The notes beneath the pieces were generated by a model. It did not search any database and was not told the origin of the DNA. It saw nothing but the letters and a program-made list of their open reading frames with translations. DNA of 64,000 bases, from the NCBI GenBank assembly GCA_019244185.1, contig JAFATB010000002.1, forward strand, positions 64,001 to 128,000. Direction: 5' to 3'. How positions within the stretch are numbered: position 1 is the first letter of the stretch; each line of letters opens with the position of its first letter. Origin of the DNA: Acidobacteriota bacterium. Its GTDB lineage: Bacteria; Acidobacteriota; Thermoanaerobaculia; Gp7-AA8. Shown piece after piece: positions 19,734-28,186 of this stretch. The position numbers and the translations under genes are program-made.

Positions 19734-19827
19734 TGAATGAAGAACGCAGAACGCAGAATGAAGAATTGAGAAAGGGTGACCGGGCGATTTCTTCATTCTT
19801 CGTTCTGCGTTCTGCGTTCTTCATTCA
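19734..19827. repeat. heptamer-based long inverted repeat
   Basis: TGAATGA AGAACGC AGAACGC AGAATGA AGAATTG ... TCATTCT TCGTTCT GCGTTCT GCGTTCT TCATTCA. Confidence 0.9.
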
Positions 19828-19830
19828 GCC

Positions 19831-20346
19831 GTGAATACCATCCTCTTCACTCCCTGGAGATATCCCTACTTGACCGCTCCGAAACCGTCGCAGCCGCACG
19901 GCTGCATCTTCTGCAACGCCGCGTCGGCGGAAGACACGCGGGAGACGCTGACGCTGTTTCGCAACGACGCGGCACTGGTGATGCTGAACCGCTATCCGTA
20001 CACGAACGGACATCTGATGGTCGCGCCGGTCGCGCATGAGGCACGGCTGTTCCAGTCGACCGATCAGTCGCTGCGTGCGCTCATTCGTTTGACCGCGGAA
20101 GCGCAGCGGATTCTGTCCGACGTCTACCGACCGGACGGCTTCAACGTCGGGATGAACTTTGGCGAAGTCGCGGGCGCCGGCGTCGCGGACCACTATCACC
20201 TGCACATCGTGCCGCGGTGGGGAGGCGACACGAACTTCATGAGCGTCACCGCGCAGACGCGCCTCGTGCCGGAGGAGCTCGAGGTGACGTTCGACAAGCT
20301 CACGCCGTACTTCACGAAGCTCGACGGAGCGTCCGTCTCCGCATGA
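19831..20346 (+). CDS. HIT family nucleotide hydrolase/phosphorylase
   Basis: CIFC, NRYPYTNGHLMV, HYHLHIVPRW. Confidence 0.92.
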   Translation: MNTILFTPWRYPYLTAPKPSQPHGCIFCNAASAEDTRETLTLFRNDAALVMLNRYPYTNGHLMVAPVAHEARLFQSTDQSLRALIRLTAEAQRILSDVYRPDGFNVGMNFGEVAGAGVADHYHLHIVPRWGGDTNFMSVTAQTRLVPEELEVTFDKLTPYFTKLDGASVSA

Positions 20347-20747
20347 ACGCGCGCGCGCTCACCTCGATGCTCCTCGCGCTCGCCGTTCCCGGCGCGGGCC
20401 ACTTCTACCTCGGCCGCCGCGGACGCGCAATCGCGTTCTTCTGCATCGTGGTGCTGCTGTTCCTCATCGGCCTCGCGGTCGACGGCTCGCTCTACACGCT
20501 CGCCGAAAGCAACGGTCAGTTGCTCAAGCGCCTCGCGGCGCTCGGCTCGATGGGCTCGGGACTCGTCTACGTGATCGCGAACGCGATGGGGCCGCACGGC
20601 GTCGTCACCTCGACGACGTTCGAGTACGGCGCGACCTTCATGCTCACCGCGGGGCTCATGAACCTGCTGCTCGTGCTCGACTGTTACGACATCGCCGTCG
20701 GCCGCAAGACCGCGTCCGATGCGCGAAGGAGCGACGCGGCCGCATGA
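20343..20747 (+). CDS. membrane protein (DUF6677-like)
   Basis: VPGAGHFYLGRRGR, EYG..F..AGLMNLL..D; three TM segments. Confidence 0.7.
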   Translation: MNARALTSMLLALAVPGAGHFYLGRRGRAIAFFCIVVLLFLIGLAVDGSLYTLAESNGQLLKRLAALGSMGSGLVYVIANAMGPHGVVTSTTFEYGATFMLTAGLMNLLLVLDCYDIAVGRKTASDARRSDAAA

Positions 20748-20929
20748 GCGTTCTCCGCAACCACGTCGTGCTGATGTTTCTCTACTCCGTCGCGACGGCG
20801 CTGTTTTTCGCGCTGCTGTGGCGCGAGACGCGGCGCGACCAGATCCGCCTCTTCGTGATCGTCTTCGTCGCGCTCTTCATCGGCGGCGTCGCCCTCGGCT
20901 GGGCGATGTTCCCGTTCCCGATCAAATGA
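20744..20929 (+). CDS. small two-TM membrane protein
   Basis: 61 aa hydrophobic ORF, ATGA overlap with upstream gene. Confidence 0.7.
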   Translation: MSVLRNHVVLMFLYSVATALFFALLWRETRRDQIRLFVIVFVALFIGGVALGWAMFPFPIK

Positions 20930-20942
20930 GAAGGCGGCCGCG

Positions 20943-22055
20943 GTGAAACTCGCCGTCGTCGCCGGCGAAGCCTCCGGCGATCTCCATGCCTCCGAGGTCA
21001 TTCGCGAGCTGCGCAAACGCGAGCCGGAGCTCGCGCTGTTCGGCATCGGCGGCGATCTCCTCGCGGCGGAAGGGATGGAGATTCTCCATCACGCGAAAGA
21101 CCTCGGCATCGTCGGACTCTTCAACGTGCTGCGGCACCTGCCGATGTTCCGGCGCGTGTTCCGCGAGCTGATCGAGCGCATCGAGCGCGAGCGGCCCGAC
21201 GTCGTCTTCCTCATCGACTATCCCGACTTCAACCTGCGCGTCGCGAAACGCTGCAAGGAGCTCGGGCTGCGCGTCGTCTACTACATCTCGCCGCAGATCT
21301 GGGCGTGGCGCACGGGACGCGTGCGGCACATCGCCAGGTACGTCGACCGCATGCTCGTGATCTTCCCGTTCGAGGAGACGTTCTACCGCGAGCATCAGGT
21401 GCCGGTGACGTACGTCGGACATCCGCTCATCGAACAGCTCGGCCATGTGACGAAGCCTCCGCGTCGCGGCGACGTGCTGCGCATCGCGCTGATGCCCGGT
21501 TCGCGGCGGATGGAAGTCGAGTCGCTGCTGCCGCCGATGCTCGACGCGATCGACGTGCTGCGCCGCGAGCGCGCGATCGACGCGTACATCATTCAGGCGC
21601 CGACGATCGCCATCGAGCTGCTGCAGCGCATCGTGGCGGAGAAGGGGATCGACGTGCCGGTTCTGCCGAACGCTGACAATGGTCGCGGCGAAGGCGTCGC
21701 GTCGGCGGACGTCTCGCTCTCATCCTCCGGCACCGCCACGCTCGAGTCGGCGATCCTCGGCACGCCCGTCGTCGTGATGTATCGCCTCAGCCGCGCCACG
21801 TACGCGCTTGCGAAAAAACTCGTGCGCCTGCCGCACTTCGGCCTCGTGAACATCGTCGCGGGAAAAGAAGTCGTCCCGGAGCTGATTCAGGAAGACGTCA
21901 ACGGCGAGCGGATCGCGGCGGAAGTGCGCAAGCTCGTCGAGCCGCGGCGTTACGCCGAGGTCACCGCGGAGCTCGCGCGCGTACGCGAGTTGCTCGGCGA
22001 GCCGGGCGCCGCGACGCGCGCCGCCGAAGAAATCCATAAGATGGGAGCGCGATGA
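20943..22055 (+). CDS. lpxB: lipid-A-disaccharide synthase
   Basis: AGEASGDLH, IDYPDFN, SPQIWAWR, PGSR, SGTATLE. Confidence 0.96.
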   Translation: MKLAVVAGEASGDLHASEVIRELRKREPELALFGIGGDLLAAEGMEILHHAKDLGIVGLFNVLRHLPMFRRVFRELIERIERERPDVVFLIDYPDFNLRVAKRCKELGLRVVYYISPQIWAWRTGRVRHIARYVDRMLVIFPFEETFYREHQVPVTYVGHPLIEQLGHVTKPPRRGDVLRIALMPGSRRMEVESLLPPMLDAIDVLRRERAIDAYIIQAPTIAIELLQRIVAEKGIDVPVLPNADNGRGEGVASADVSLSSSGTATLESAILGTPVVVMYRLSRATYALAKKLVRLPHFGLVNIVAGKEVVPELIQEDVNGERIAAEVRKLVEPRRYAEVTAELARVRELLGEPGAATRAAEEIHKMGAR

Positions 22056-23935
22056 AGCTCCTGCGCCGGCTGTACGGATATCTCGCCCGCTACAAAGCGT
22101 GGGCGGTGCTGGCGTTCGGCTCGATGCTGGTCTTCGCGGCGACGCAGACCATGCTCATGATCCTCGTGCGGCCGCTGTTCGACGAGGTGCTGACGCGCCC
22201 GACGGCGCGCGCCGCGGTGACTCGCACGGACACGGAACGGCAGGCGGTGCTCGACGCGGTGTTGAATCGCGATCGTCCGGTCGGCCAGCGCGGCGCGGTG
22301 ATCAACGCGTACGACCGCGCGCAGGCGCGCTGGGACGCGTGGTGGAACGGCAGTCCGTCGAAGAAGGCGCAGCGCGTGCTGATGGCGCTCTTCATCGTCT
22401 TCATGATCCGCGCGTTCACGTCGTTCTTCTCCGAGTACGCGTTTCAGAAAGTCGGACTCTCGACGGTGCGCGATCTGCGGAACGAGCTGTACGAGCGGAT
22501 CATCCAGCAGAGCCACCGCTTCTTCAGCGAGCGCAGCACGGGCGAGATGGTGAGCCGCGTGGTGTCGGATGCGGACGCGATCCAGGCCGCGGTGTCGACG
22601 CGCATGGGCGACTTGTTTCAGGAGTCGATCACGCTCCTCGGATTGATCGGCTTCATTTTCATTTCGAACACCGAGCTCGCGCTGATCAGCATGATCGCGG
22701 CGCCGGTGATCGTGCTCCCGGTCGTGCAGTTCGGACGGCGTCTGCGCCGCACGACGCATCGCTCGCAGGAGCGGATGGCGGACATCGCCACGCTGCTCGA
22801 GGAAACGATCCGCGGCGTGCGCATCGTGAAGGCGTTCACGATGGAGAACTTCGAGATCGGCCGCTTCCGCGAGGCCACGCGGAAACATCTCAGCTGGAAC
22901 CTCAAAGCGCAGCGCGTGCAGGCGCTCACCTCGCCGGTGATGGAGCTGCTGGCCGGCTTCTGCATGCTCGCGCTCTTCAGCTACGCGCATCGCCGCATCG
23001 CCAACGGCACGCTGACGACGGGGCAGTTCGTCAGCTTCCTCACCGCGCTCGCGGCGATGTACGCGCCGCTCAAGAAACTCAACAAAGTCAACCTCTCCGT
23101 GAACACCGCGCTCTCCGCGGCCGCGCGCGTGTTCGGCATGCTCGACATCGACAACGAAGTGAAAGAAAAACCGGACGCGGTCGTGATGCGCGGCGTCGGC
23201 GCGGGCGTGCGCTACGAGCACGTCAGCTTCGCGTACGGCAACGAGCCGGTGTTGCGCAACGTCGATCTCACCATCGCGCCGGGCGAGATCGTCGCGCTGG
23301 TCGGCGGCAGCGGCGCCGGCAAATCGACGTTCGTCAATCTGCTGCCGCGCTTCTACGACGTGAACGCCGGACGCATCACGATCGACGGCATCGACGTCCG
23401 CGACGCGACGTTGCAGTCGCTCCGCGGGCTCATGGGATTCGTCACGCAGGAAGTCGTGCTGTTCAACGACACCGTGCGCAACAACATCGCGTACGGCCGT
23501 GCCGACGCGGACGAGCGGCTCGTCATCGAGGCGGCGAAGGCGGCCAACGCGCACGACTTCATCAGCGCGCTGCCGCAGGGTTACGACACGCAGATCGGCG
23601 AGAGCGGCGTGCTGCTCTCCGGCGGCCAGCGCCAGCGCCTCGCCATCGCACGCGCGCTGTTCAAGGATCCGCCGATCCTCGTGCTCGACGAAGCGACCTC
23701 CGCGCTCGACACGGAATCCGAGCGGCTCGTGCAGCAGGCGCTGAACAACCTCATGCGCGGTCGCACGACGCTGGTCATCGCGCACCGGCTGTCGACGATC
23801 CGCAGCGCGCACAAGATCGTGGCGCTCGACAAAGGGCAGATCGTGGAGATGGGCACGCACGAGGAGTTGCTCGCGCGGCGCGGCGTGTATCGCAAGCTGC
23901 ACGATCTGCAGTTCGCCGATGAGGTCGCGGTCTGA
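22052..23935 (+). CDS. msbA: lipid A export ABC transporter MsbA
   Basis: ABC TM domain, GGSGAGKST, LSGGQRQR, LDEATSALD; adjacent to lpxB. Confidence 0.88.
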   Translation: MKLLRRLYGYLARYKAWAVLAFGSMLVFAATQTMLMILVRPLFDEVLTRPTARAAVTRTDTERQAVLDAVLNRDRPVGQRGAVINAYDRAQARWDAWWNGSPSKKAQRVLMALFIVFMIRAFTSFFSEYAFQKVGLSTVRDLRNELYERIIQQSHRFFSERSTGEMVSRVVSDADAIQAAVSTRMGDLFQESITLLGLIGFIFISNTELALISMIAAPVIVLPVVQFGRRLRRTTHRSQERMADIATLLEETIRGVRIVKAFTMENFEIGRFREATRKHLSWNLKAQRVQALTSPVMELLAGFCMLALFSYAHRRIANGTLTTGQFVSFLTALAAMYAPLKKLNKVNLSVNTALSAAARVFGMLDIDNEVKEKPDAVVMRGVGAGVRYEHVSFAYGNEPVLRNVDLTIAPGEIVALVGGSGAGKSTFVNLLPRFYDVNAGRITIDGIDVRDATLQSLRGLMGFVTQEVVLFNDTVRNNIAYGRADADERLVIEAAKAANAHDFISALPQGYDTQIGESGVLLSGGQRQRLAIARALFKDPPILVLDEATSALDTESERLVQQALNNLMRGRTTLVIAHRLSTIRSAHKIVALDKGQIVEMGTHEELLARRGVYRKLHDLQFADEVAV

Positions 23936-24545
23936 TGAAGCTCGTCTCCTTCATCGCCTCGCTCTTCATCCGCACGCTGCGCGCGACGCTGCGCATCCGC
24001 CACATCGACGCGCAGAACCTCGAACATCAGCCGCAGTACATCCTCGCGTTCTGGCACGCGCATCTGCTGCTCATGCTGCACTCGCGGTATCGCAAGCCGA
24101 TCTCGGTGATGATCTCGCAGTCGAAAGACGGCGAGTACATCGCGCGCGTGTTCGACTGGTACGGCGTCGACGCGGTGCGCGGCTCGTCGACGCGCGGCGG
24201 CACGGCGGCGCTGCGCGAGCTGCTGCGCGAGGCGCGCGCCGGCAAGAACATCGTCTTCACGCCCGACGGGCCGAAGGGTCCGGCGCGCGTGGCGAAGGAC
24301 GGCGTCGTCTACGCGGCGCGCGCGACCGGGTTGCCGATCGTCCCGGTGGCCTTCGCGGCGCAAAAAAAAAACTTCTCCGCTCATGGGACCGCATGGTCGT
24401 CCCGCTGCCGTTCTCGAAAGCGCTCTTCCTGTACGGATCGCCGATCGTCGTGCCGCGTGACGGTGACGTCGAGACGTGGCGCGGGCGCGTCGAGCAGGCG
24501 ATGAATCAGCTGGCCGACACGGCCGAACGAATGGTGAACGAATGA
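23935..24545 (+). CDS. DUF374/LpxJ-type acyltransferase split by a -1 frame change at A10 (24362-24371)
   Basis: Frame 1 carries FWH, SQSKDGE, RGSSTRGG, TPDGPKGP; -1 frame carries SWDRMVVPLPFSK, the family C-terminal motif. Confidence 0.85.
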
Positions 24546-25432
24546 TCCACAGCATGACCGGTTTCGGCCGCGCCGCGGGCGCGCTCTCGCCACGCTACTT
24601 CGCGACGGTGACGGCCAAGAGCGTCAACCATCGCTATCTCGAAGTCTCGGTGCGCCTGCCCGAGTATCTGTGGGATCTCGAGTCGGCGTTGCGCGCCGCG
24701 GCCTCCGAGGCGTTCTCGCGCGGCAAGCTCGACCTCAGCATCCGCGTGCAGCGCACGCAGCAGCCCGACTACAACGTGCGCATCAACGCGCAGATCGCGA
24801 ACACCGTGATCCCGCAGCTGCGCTCGATCGCCGAGGAACTGGGACTCGGCTCGTCGCTGACGGGTTCCGATCTCATGCGCGTGCCCGATCTGCTGCAGGT
24901 CGAAGCGCTCGATGCCGAGGTCACCGATGACGAGCGCGAAGCGCTCGTGCGCCTCGCGCGTGAGGCGTTCGCGCAGATGACGGCCATGCGCGCGCGCGAA
25001 GGCGAAACGTTGCGCGGCGACATCACCGCGCGCCTCGGCGCGATGCGCACGCTCTCCGCGCAGCTCTCCGCGCATCGCGATGACGTGCGCGCGGAACTGC
25101 TCGCGTCGTATCAGCAGCGCGTTCACGAGATCGCCGGCGCCGCGGGCGTCGAGGTGCCGCAGGAGCGCATCGCCCAGGAAGTGGTGATGATGGTTGAGAA
25201 GGGCGACATCGCCGAAGAGCTCACGCGTCTCGCGCATCACATCGAACAGAGCGAGAAGCTCGTCGATGCACGCGAGGCCGCGGGCAAGAAGCTCGACTTC
25301 ATCTCGCAGGAGATGATCCGCGAGATCAACACCATGGGCTCGAAGTCGCGCTCGGCGGCCATCCGAACGCTGGTTGTAGAATTGAAGACGGAGGTCGAGC
25401 GCATCCGCGAGCAGGTCCAGAATGTCGAGTAA
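24542..25432 (+). CDS. yicC: YicC/YloC family endoribonuclease
   Basis: SMTGFGR, SVNHRYL, GKKLDF..QE..RE.NT.GSK, REQVQNVE. Confidence 0.93.
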   Translation: MIHSMTGFGRAAGALSPRYFATVTAKSVNHRYLEVSVRLPEYLWDLESALRAAASEAFSRGKLDLSIRVQRTQQPDYNVRINAQIANTVIPQLRSIAEELGLGSSLTGSDLMRVPDLLQVEALDAEVTDDEREALVRLAREAFAQMTAMRAREGETLRGDITARLGAMRTLSAQLSAHRDDVRAELLASYQQRVHEIAGAAGVEVPQERIAQEVVMMVEKGDIAEELTRLAHHIEQSEKLVDAREAAGKKLDFISQEMIREINTMGSKSRSAAIRTLVVELKTEVERIREQVQNVE

Positions 25433-26108
25433 TTTCCATCCGGACGGGACGTTGTTCATCGTCTCGGGGCCGTCCGGCGCGGGCAAGACCACTCTCATCA
25501 ACGCGGTGCGCGAACGGCTGTCCGCCGTCAAGATCGAGCTCTATTTCTCCGTCTCGCACACGACGCGCAAGCCGCGCGCGGGCGAGCACGACGGCATCAA
25601 CTATCACTACGTCTCGGCCGACACCTTTCGCGACATGGTTGCGCGCGGGGAATTTCTCGAATGGGCCCACGTTCATGCCCACGACTACGGAACCTCGAAA
25701 GCCGAGGTCGTGGGCCGTCTGCTCGACGGCCAGGATGTGATCCTTGACATCGATTACCAGGGCGCGAAGCAGATCGCGGAGGACACGGACCTCGAGTCGC
25801 GGTCGCTGAGCGTCTTCATTTTCCCGCCGTCGCTGGACGTGCTCGAACAGCGGCTGCACTCGCGCGGTCTCAACAGCAACGACGAGATCGACCTGCGGCT
25901 GCGCAAAGCGATCGCCGAGATCGACGAGGGAAAAGGGTTTTACGACTACATCATCATCAACGACGATCTCGAGATCGCCACGGAATGCCTGAAGGCGGCG
26001 ATCATCGCCAAGAAACTGCAGACCAAAACCGCGCTCGATGCGATCCACAAGATGGCCGAGCGATTCAAAGAGGAGGATCGCAATGGAAGGACTGCCCGAG
26101 GGAATTGA
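25422..26108 (+). CDS. gmk: guanylate kinase
   Basis: SGPSGAGKTT, SHTTRKPR, YGTS. Confidence 0.96.
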   Translation: MSSNFHPDGTLFIVSGPSGAGKTTLINAVRERLSAVKIELYFSVSHTTRKPRAGEHDGINYHYVSADTFRDMVARGEFLEWAHVHAHDYGTSKAEVVGRLLDGQDVILDIDYQGAKQIAEDTDLESRSLSVFIFPPSLDVLEQRLHSRGLNSNDEIDLRLRKAIAEIDEGKGFYDYIIINDDLEIATECLKAAIIAKKLQTKTALDAIHKMAERFKEEDRNGRTARGN

Positions 26109-26298
26109 CAGCAAGTTCCGCTACGTGCTGCTGGTCTCGAAGCGCGCCGAACAGCTCATTCAGGGTGCGCAGCCGCGCACGAAGAGCCGTCACGCAAAGC
26201 CGACGCGCGTGGCCATGGAAGAAGTGGAGCGCAACCAGGTCAAGTGGCAGATGACGCCGCCGACCGAAGAGACCACCGCGCTGGAGACGAACGAGTAG
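26083..26298 (+). CDS. rpoZ: RNA polymerase omega subunit
   Basis: SKFRYVLLVSKRAEQL, KPTRVAMEE; gmk-rpoZ-coaBC synteny. Confidence 0.92.
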   Translation: MEGLPEGIDSKFRYVLLVSKRAEQLIQGAQPRTKSRHAKPTRVAMEEVERNQVKWQMTPPTEETTALETNE

Positions 26299-26316
26299 CG
26301 AATCGTTCGTAGCCGT

Positions 26317-27504
26317 ATGAACATCGTTCTCGGCGTCTCGGGCGGCATCGCCGCCTACAAGGCTCCCGAGCTGGTGCGCCGGCTCCGCGATGCGGGTGCT
26401 GACGTCCGCGTGATCCTGACGCCGAATGCGGCGCGTTTCGTTTCGCCGCTCTCTCTCGCCGCGGTCTCGAACCACGGCGTCATCGTCGAACAATGGGGCG
26501 ACGCCGGACACGGCGGCGTCGACCACATCGAGCTCGCGCGATGGGCCGAGCTCCTCTTCATCGCGCCGGCCACCGCGAACGTCATCGCCAAGCTGACCGC
26601 CGGCATCGCCGACGACGCGCTCACGACGTACGCGCTCGCGCATCGCGCGGAGCTCGTCATCGCGCCGGCGATGAACACGTTCATGCTCGCGCATCCCACC
26701 GTGCAGCAGAACATCGAGACGCTGCGCGCGCGCGGCGCCGGCATCATCGAGCCGGTCAACGGTCTGCTCGCGTGCGGCGAGGAAGGCGCGGGGAAGATGC
26801 CCGACGTGCCGCTGCTCGTCGAGCACATCCGCGGGCACTTTGCCTCGCGCGATCTCGACGGGAAGTCCGTGCTCGTCACCGCCGGACCGACGCGCGAGCC
26901 GCTCGATCCGGTGCGCTATCTCTCGAACCGCTCGTCGGGAAAGATGGGCTACGCGCTCGCGGAAGCGGCGCGCCGCCGCGGCGCGAACGTGACGCTCGTG
27001 ACCGGCCCGACCGCGTTGCCCGCGCCCGCCGGCGTCGCGCTGACGCGCGTCACGACCGCGGCTGAGATGCACGCCGCGGTGCTCGCCGCCGCGCCGCATC
27101 ATCAGATCGTGATCAAGGCCGCCGCCGTCGCCGACTTCGCCGCCGCGAACGTCGCCGATCAGAAGATCAAGAAGAGCGAGTCGAGCGACGAGCTGACGCT
27201 GCGGCTGGTGAAGAATCCCGACATCCTCGCCGACGTCGCGCGCGTCTCGCCGCGGCCGTTCATCGTCGCCTTCGCCGCCGAAACCGAAGCGGTCGAAGAG
27301 CAGGCGAGGGCGAAGCTGCAGCGCAAGGGCGCCGACCTCATCGTTGCGAACGACGTCGCGGACCGCACCATCGGCTTCGACTCCGATCAGAACGAAGCCC
27401 TGGTCATCGCGAAGGACGGCGAGGTCACGCGGCTCGCGAAAGCGGGGAAGCTGGCCATCGCCAATCGCGTGCTCGATATCGTCGTCGGCCGACTTGCCCG
27501 ATAA
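26317..27504 (+). CDS. coaBC: phosphopantothenoylcysteine decarboxylase/ligase
   Basis: GGIAAYK, PAMN, TAGPTRE.LDPVRYLSNRSSGKMG. Confidence 0.96.
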   Translation: MNIVLGVSGGIAAYKAPELVRRLRDAGADVRVILTPNAARFVSPLSLAAVSNHGVIVEQWGDAGHGGVDHIELARWAELLFIAPATANVIAKLTAGIADDALTTYALAHRAELVIAPAMNTFMLAHPTVQQNIETLRARGAGIIEPVNGLLACGEEGAGKMPDVPLLVEHIRGHFASRDLDGKSVLVTAGPTREPLDPVRYLSNRSSGKMGYALAEAARRRGANVTLVTGPTALPAPAGVALTRVTTAAEMHAAVLAAAPHHQIVIKAAAVADFAAANVADQKIKKSESSDELTLRLVKNPDILADVARVSPRPFIVAFAAETEAVEEQARAKLQRKGADLIVANDVADRTIGFDSDQNEALVIAKDGEVTRLAKAGKLAIANRVLDIVVGRLAR

Positions 27505-27514
27505 TCGTTCCCGC

Positions 27515-28186
27515 ATGACGGACGACGTCCTTTCCGAGCTCGCACTGCTCCGCGACCTCGGCTACACGCATCTCGATCTCCGTGTTTCCGTGCCGCTGCC
27601 GGCCGTCGTCGAAACGGCCGAAGCGGTCGACGAAGACCCGTGGATCGCGCTCAGCGCCGCCGCGCACGAATGCACGCGCTGCCGCCTCGCCGGCACGCGC
27701 ACGAACGTCGTCTTCGGGGTCGGCAACCGCAACGCGGACCTCATGTTCGTCGGCGAGGCACCCGGCCGCGATGAAGATCTCAAGGGCGAGCCGTTCGTCG
27801 GTCGCGCGGGGCAGCTCCTCACCGACATCATCAAGGCCATGAAGCTCACGCGCGACGACGTCTACATCGCAAACGTGATCAAGTGCCGGCCGCCCGAGAA
27901 CCGCAACCCCGAGCCCGACGAGCTCGACGCCTGCCGTCCGTACATTCGTCAACAGGTTGACCTCATCCGCCCGAAGGTCATCGTGGCCCTCGGCCGCTTC
28001 GGCCTGCAGAGCCTCACCGGCAAGTCGTACGGCATCACCGCCGTGCGCGGGCAGTGGCTCGAGTACAACGGCATCAAGCTCATGCCGACCTACCATCCCG
28101 CGTACCTGCTCCGCAATCCGGCGGGGAAGAAGGACGTGTGGCTGGACATGAAGAAGGTGATGGCGGAGCTGGGGATCGCGGTGTAG
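27515..28186 (+). CDS. uracil-DNA glycosylase family 4 (Fe-S)
   Basis: [30 protein letters not shown]. Confidence 0.92.
   Translation: MTDDVLSELALLRDLGYTHLDLRVSVPLPAVVETAEAVDEDPWIALSAAAHECTRCRLAGTRTNVVFGVGNRNADLMFVGEAPGRDEDLKGEPFVGRAGQLLTDIIKAMKLTRDDVYIANVIKCRPPENRNPEPDELDACRPYIRQQVDLIRPKVIVALGRFGLQSLTGKSYGITAVRGQWLEYNGIKLMPTYHPAYLLRNPAGKKDVWLDMKKVMAELGIAV

Noticed and set aside
19734-19827. CRISPR array or MITE interpretation of the heptamer hairpins
   Set aside because: No unique spacers, no cas genes or transposase, and no evident target-site duplication.
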